Positions 58,696 through 64,000 of a stretch of 64,000 bases of DNA are shown here, one piece after another. Location of the stretch: NCBI GenBank assembly GCA_964016885.1, contig OZ024741.1:313100001-313164000 (forward strand), written 5' to 3'. Within the stretch, counting starts at the first letter, position 1. Each line of letters begins with the position of its first letter. Below the pieces are notes generated by a model that had not been told where the DNA came from, did not search any database, and saw only the letters and a list, made by a program, of their open reading frames with translations. The position numbers and the translations under genes were made by a program. This stretch comes from Eledone cirrhosa. Taxonomy: Eukaryota.

Positions 58696-59553
58696 CGAGG
58701 TGTGTCAGAAAAGTTCCAGGACTGACGTCACAAAAGATTTATTTCAAAACCAAACTTCACACTAAGAGTTTTCTCCTTCAAAGTAATGCCCCTGCAGTCT
58801 AATGCACTTCTCCATCCTTCTCTGCCACGCTTGCATGCACTCCTGGAAGGATTCTTTCGGGATCCTCCTCAGTTCCGTCGTCGCGGCCTTTTTGATGTCC
58901 TCCTCGTTTTCAAAACGTGTCCCCTCCGGGTCGTACTCGAAGTTCCATGACTCCTCACCGGTGATGACTGTCCCTACCATGTCTGATTCAGTTTCAAGAG
59001 GCTCGAGGATGTCCTGGCACACTTGCATGCGGCGCCGACACTTCTAGTCATCGTTCATCAGTTTTGGCACCATCTTCGTGCAGATTATCTGCATGTCCAA
59101 ATCTTCAGTGAGAATCTTCCAGATGCTGTACTGATTCATGCCCAGCTCATTTGGCATCAGTCGAACAGTCAGCCGACGATCGCTGCGCACCATCTGCCTG
59201 ACACGCTCAACGTTGACCTCAGTCCTGGTTGTTGAGGGCCTTCCGCTCCTGGTGTCATCTTGTACCAGTCAAAAACACGTGAGCGTGACATCGTCTCATC
59301 TCCTTACACTTGTTGAAGCGGAGTTTTCCCCAACCGTACCAGAAACTTCAAGTTTGTTCGTTGCTCTGTGCTCATTGCTTGACGACATGTATATACAATT
59401 ATGAAGAAAAAAGTTTGATCGCTGCAGAGAGATAAGATTAAAGTTACATACTCCAGGGGTTTTTACTTTGAAGGAGAAAACTTTTAGTGTGAAGTTTGGG
59501 TTTGAAATAAATCTTTTCTGACATCAGTCCTGGAACTTATCTGACACACCTCG
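58696..59553 (-). mobile_element. Internally deleted mariner element (paralogous insertion)
   Basis: Same TIRs; VITGEESW.FEYDPE joined directly to GTRFE..WQRRMEKCI..G.YFEG. Confidence 0.9.
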
Positions 59554-59896
59554 TATATGTATGTGTGTGTGTGTTTGTGTGATTATTTAAATGTAAGAAT
59601 GTCGCAATTACAAATCTTAGTAACTGGTATAATATGGTAAGATTTGGAAGGATTATATATGTTGTTTTTCTCATAAAATTGTTTCTTTCTTTAATAATGT
59701 TTTTAACATTGCATTGATCTGAACAAAAAATCCATGTATATTTTATAGAGTATCGATATAATATTCAATAAATATATGTGCTCATTCGTTTATCAGAAAC
59801 CACTTTAATCTTAAAATTTGGTATAACATTGTATCATTGATATCTGTATGTAATTAATGATATCTTCAACATTATCATATATATTTATATTTTTAG

Positions 59897-60028
59897 AATG
59901 CCCAGTAGGAACATATGGTTTTGCCTGTAATGTGACATGCCATTGTATCAACGACACGAACTGTGACAATCGAAATGGAACATGTTCAGATGGATGTGCT
60001 GAAGGTTATATGGGTGACAATTGCCAAG
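59897..60028 (+). CDS. EGF-like repeat exon, phase 1-1 (132 nt)
   Basis: tttttag acceptor, AAG|GTATCA donor; ECPVGTYGFACNVTCHCINDTNCDNRNGTCSDGCAEGYMGDNCQ. Confidence 0.88.
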
Positions 60029-60518
60029 GTATCATAAAATTCATTCGTACTTAACCTACACAAACACACACACACGTCCCCCCACACACACACGCATATA
60101 CACACTCGTACACACACATATATATCATTGTGTGTGCGTGAGCGTGTGTGTGTGTGTGTGAGGGAGGGGGGGTAGTCTGAGTCTATATGTATGTGTGTGT
60201 ATGTGTAAATATTGAAATCGCTGATACTGAACTAGAATAGTTCCATCAAAGTAATCATCAGTAAACGGCTTTGCTGATGATTACTTTGGAAAGAAATAGT
60301 TCTAGTACTGTAGAAGCTATATCCTTATTAGACGTGATATTTACACCCTATAATTATTTACTAATATTATACCTAAACAAATCACATATTTCTAGATATC
60401 CAAACTACACATACTCATATGTATAAAGCTATGTTAGAACCACCATTTTAATTTTCTCACTCTCTCTCTCACTCTCTCCCCATCTCTATATCCCCCCCCT
60501 CTCTCTCTCTCTCTCTAG

Positions 60519-60590
<72 letters not shown>

Positions 60591-60727
60591 GAGATGAGTG
60601 GAACGAGCAAACATTAAACAATCTTTGAATAACTTAAAATACGATTCAAATATACCATTGAACACAAAATTTATTATAGACAGCCTATATATTTCCGTAG
60701 GTATTTAGTACCTGTGGGGATATTAAT

Positions 60728-60807
<80 letters not shown>

Positions 60808-61842
60808 TGGAATCCCCAAGAGGATAGTGGACCTGATATCACTGCTCTACACCAACACCAAAGCCCAAGTCATTACACCTGATGGGATGACAGAGTTCTT
60901 TGAGATACTGGCTGGAGTGCTCCAGGGAGATACATTGGCTCCCTACCTTTTTATCATCGTTGTGGACTATTGTATGCGCCTTGCACTGGAGAAACACCAG
61001 GACTCTGGCTTTACTGTAGCACCGGCTCAGAGCAGGAGAGTTGGGGCGAAAAAGGTATCGGATGCTGAATTTGCCGACGACATAGTTTTGGTGACAAATA
61101 CAGTGAAGGAGGCAGAGGATTTGATGCGGGAGGTTGAGACTGTGTCGATGAGTGTGGGGCTGAGAATGAATGAGACTAAAACAAAATATCTGGTAGAGAA
61201 TGTTGAGAAGCCAGAGGGGATCACTAATGTAGGCGGGAAGCCGCTGGAATTGGTTGAGGACTTCCTGTATTTGGGAGCAAAGATTGGGAATACGGAAGAT
61301 GATGTGGTTGAGAGGAAGAGCAAGGCCTGGGCGGCGTGCCACAGCTTGAGATCGGTGTGGAAGTCGGACCTTCGTAGAGACCTGAAAATCCGCCTCTTCA
61401 TTGCTGTAGTGGAGTCTGTGCTGCTGTATGGGTCTGAGACTTGGACACTGACCAAGAGACTCACTCAGATGGTGGATGGGTGCTACACGAGAATGCTGAG
61501 GATGGCTCTGAACATTAATCAGTATACACTGAGGATGAAAAACTCAGAGCTGTATGGGAGCCTCCCAAAAGTCAGCTCAAAAGTGACACAGAGGAGACTG
61601 AGGTTGGCTGGACATGCTCACCGACATCCAGAGTTGACATTGCACTCCGTGCTCCTTTGGGAGCCCCTACATGGAGACACTGGAAGAGGAAGACCAAGGT
61701 TAACATATGTTGATGCCCTAAGGACAGACACTGGTCTGTTGGAGACGCAGGACATGGCAGCTATAATGAGGGACAGAGACCGCTGGAGAGAACTCGTCCA
61801 TGGATCTCGGGAATTTTACCCGCCTTAGATAGATAGATAGAT
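60808..61842 (+). mobile_element. RTE-type LINE, 5'-truncated, uninterrupted RT ORF 60827-61828, (TAGA)n tail
   Basis: GVLQGDTLAPYLF, FADD, FLYLG, LLYGSETW, GRPR. Confidence 0.9.
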
Positions 61843-62094
61843 ATATATATAGCTTTTCCAAATTGAAGGATGAGTATTTTAAAGTTTATTTTATTCTGAG
61901 TTAGGGCTCTATTGATTTTTCCCTGGATTTCACCAAATTCTGTGGATGAATATATATCCTGATTCTTTTTGAATTGAGTTTGAATAACTTTACCACATCT
62001 TACGTCAACTATTTTTCCATTTTGACGCTATAGTCACTTATATATTATGGAATAGTGTTGGCTTCTTGCTACAATAATTTCTATACTTTTCATT

Positions 62095-62204
<110 letters not shown>

Positions 62205-62965
62205 TTAGTAAAAAGGAAAAGAAAATTCTGACAAATTTTACCCAGTGAAAAATAGGTTAATTAGGAATAAGTATAAATTAGTAATAAGTATTTCTTAGTA
62301 TTCAGTTTTAGTTTTAAATTTTTACCGGTTGTGCATTTCTTATGCTTTTCAAGAACATACACACACGTACACACACATTCTTACTGACCGATTCATTTTC
62401 ATTATCACAACTATTAAACACTTTGCTACACACACACACACACACACACACACACCCACACATATTTGTCTTAATAGACACATGAACTGTTAACCTCTCA
62501 ACATAACTGCAACTCAATCAAGCGGAAAAGGACACTCTTCGAGAAATCTACGATTGGCGCTAAAATAACTTTAAACATTCACGTGACTTCTACCGACTAA
62601 TCAAAATTGTTTTGACGACAAGAATTTTTGCAACACGAATTGGCGTGAATTTTATAGTCCTTATTCATGTTACATTCAACAACCAACCAAGTCTCAATAC
62701 CTCGCAAGCCACTTTTATCGCATAAAACAGGAAGAATTTCCAAAACTGATCAGATTAGAGCAAAAATCACGAGCACTTCATCTCAAAATTATTTTTGTAA
62801 AGCATAAGAAATGCGCAACCGGTAAAAACTTAAAACTAAAACTGAATACTAACTAATACTTATTCTTAATTAAACTATTTTTCAATTGGAAAAATTAGTC
62901 AGCATTTTCTTTTCATTGTTATTAATATATCACAACTCGTGTTTCACACCTCTATTTAAAATATA

Positions 62966-63001
<36 letters not shown>

Positions 63002-63190
63002 CAGATTAGAGCAAACATCACGGGCGCTCTATGTCAAAATTATTCTTTAAAGGCATTAGAAATGCGCAAACGGTAAAATTTTAAAACCAAAACTGTATAC
63101 TAACCAATACTATTACTAATTTCAACTTATTCCTAATTAAACTATTTTTCACTGGGAACAATTTGTCAGCATTTTCTTTTCCTATTACCA

Positions 63191-63237
<47 letters not shown>

Positions 63238-64000
63238 TGGATACTATTTATAGTTATGTATATACTATACTATATAAGCTATAAACAGGTAAGGTCAGTA
63301 ATTTATTACTACCTTATTACCAGTAAGATAAATAGCTCAATGTAAGAATATCATTTGTTATACAGAGCAGTAATATAGAATACACAAGAATGAAAGCTAT
63401 GTTAGAACATTTAATTGCTGACAATTGTTTCTTCCAAGCCTAGGCTTGGTTTATTCGGAGCATTATTAATAATGTTTGTACATATAATCAGCCTCCTATT
63501 CCGCTGAAGAATCATACAGATACATATTGTATACAACAGTGTGGGATGGATGCGACATATATTATGTTATCCTATAATTGTACAATAAGATACAAAATTA
63601 AAATTAAAAGCTTTTGGTGGAGAACATGTGACAGATAATACAATAGCGTCTAGTAAATAAATAAAATTAAATTAAAGAGACAGTATCTGCGTTAGTCATA
63701 TATAATGCAATTGAACAAGCAAAATTATCAAGCATATATGAATGCTGGGTGTTGTATACAAAATACAAGCACTTAAAGCGGGTTTGTTATTATATTATGG
63801 TGGTTGCAATGCAGATATATTTTCTGTGTAGATCAAATATGTGTGTGTGTGTGTAGAATAAGAAAGTTCCAGGTTTCACATCCATTACATTTGTCACGAT
63901 ATATTTGTATTGAGTGTCTGTTATAGTAATGGCTTGTAAAGTAAAGTAACTTAGTGTTACTTAGTCCGTAACGTATGCTACATTCGTAGAGCTGGGAATG

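Noticed and set aside
63300-64000. Non-repetitive stretch, possible exon
   Set aside because: No convincing ORF or motif on either strand

Overview
Repeat-saturated animal genomic DNA, probably cephalopod or octopus; this is inferred from the (TA)n/(CA)n density and the SINE/RTE/Penelope repertoire. The only host-gene signal is a + strand array of symmetric phase-1, 8-cysteine EGF-like exons (MEGF10/CED-1/SCARF-type repeats): 6686-6820, 15883-16017, 46549-46683, 50830-50964, 59897-60028, plus a broken copy at 2789. They arose by tandem duplication of an exon+intron unit. The introns hold two L1-Tx1 LINEs, several RTE LINEs, at least four Penelope-like element (PLE) remnants, two internally deleted mariners, a Helitron-like insertion and tRNA-derived SINEs. 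The most notable unexplained structure is more than a dozen minimal type-I hammerhead ribozyme (HHR) motifs from several unrelated families. They lie in non-coding, terminally redundant or fold-back units within (TA)n tracts (retrozyme / PLE pLTR-like), and some have recurrent non-canonical cores. Most listed ORFs are microsatellite artefacts. All alignments and folds were done by eye, so repeat boundaries are approximate.
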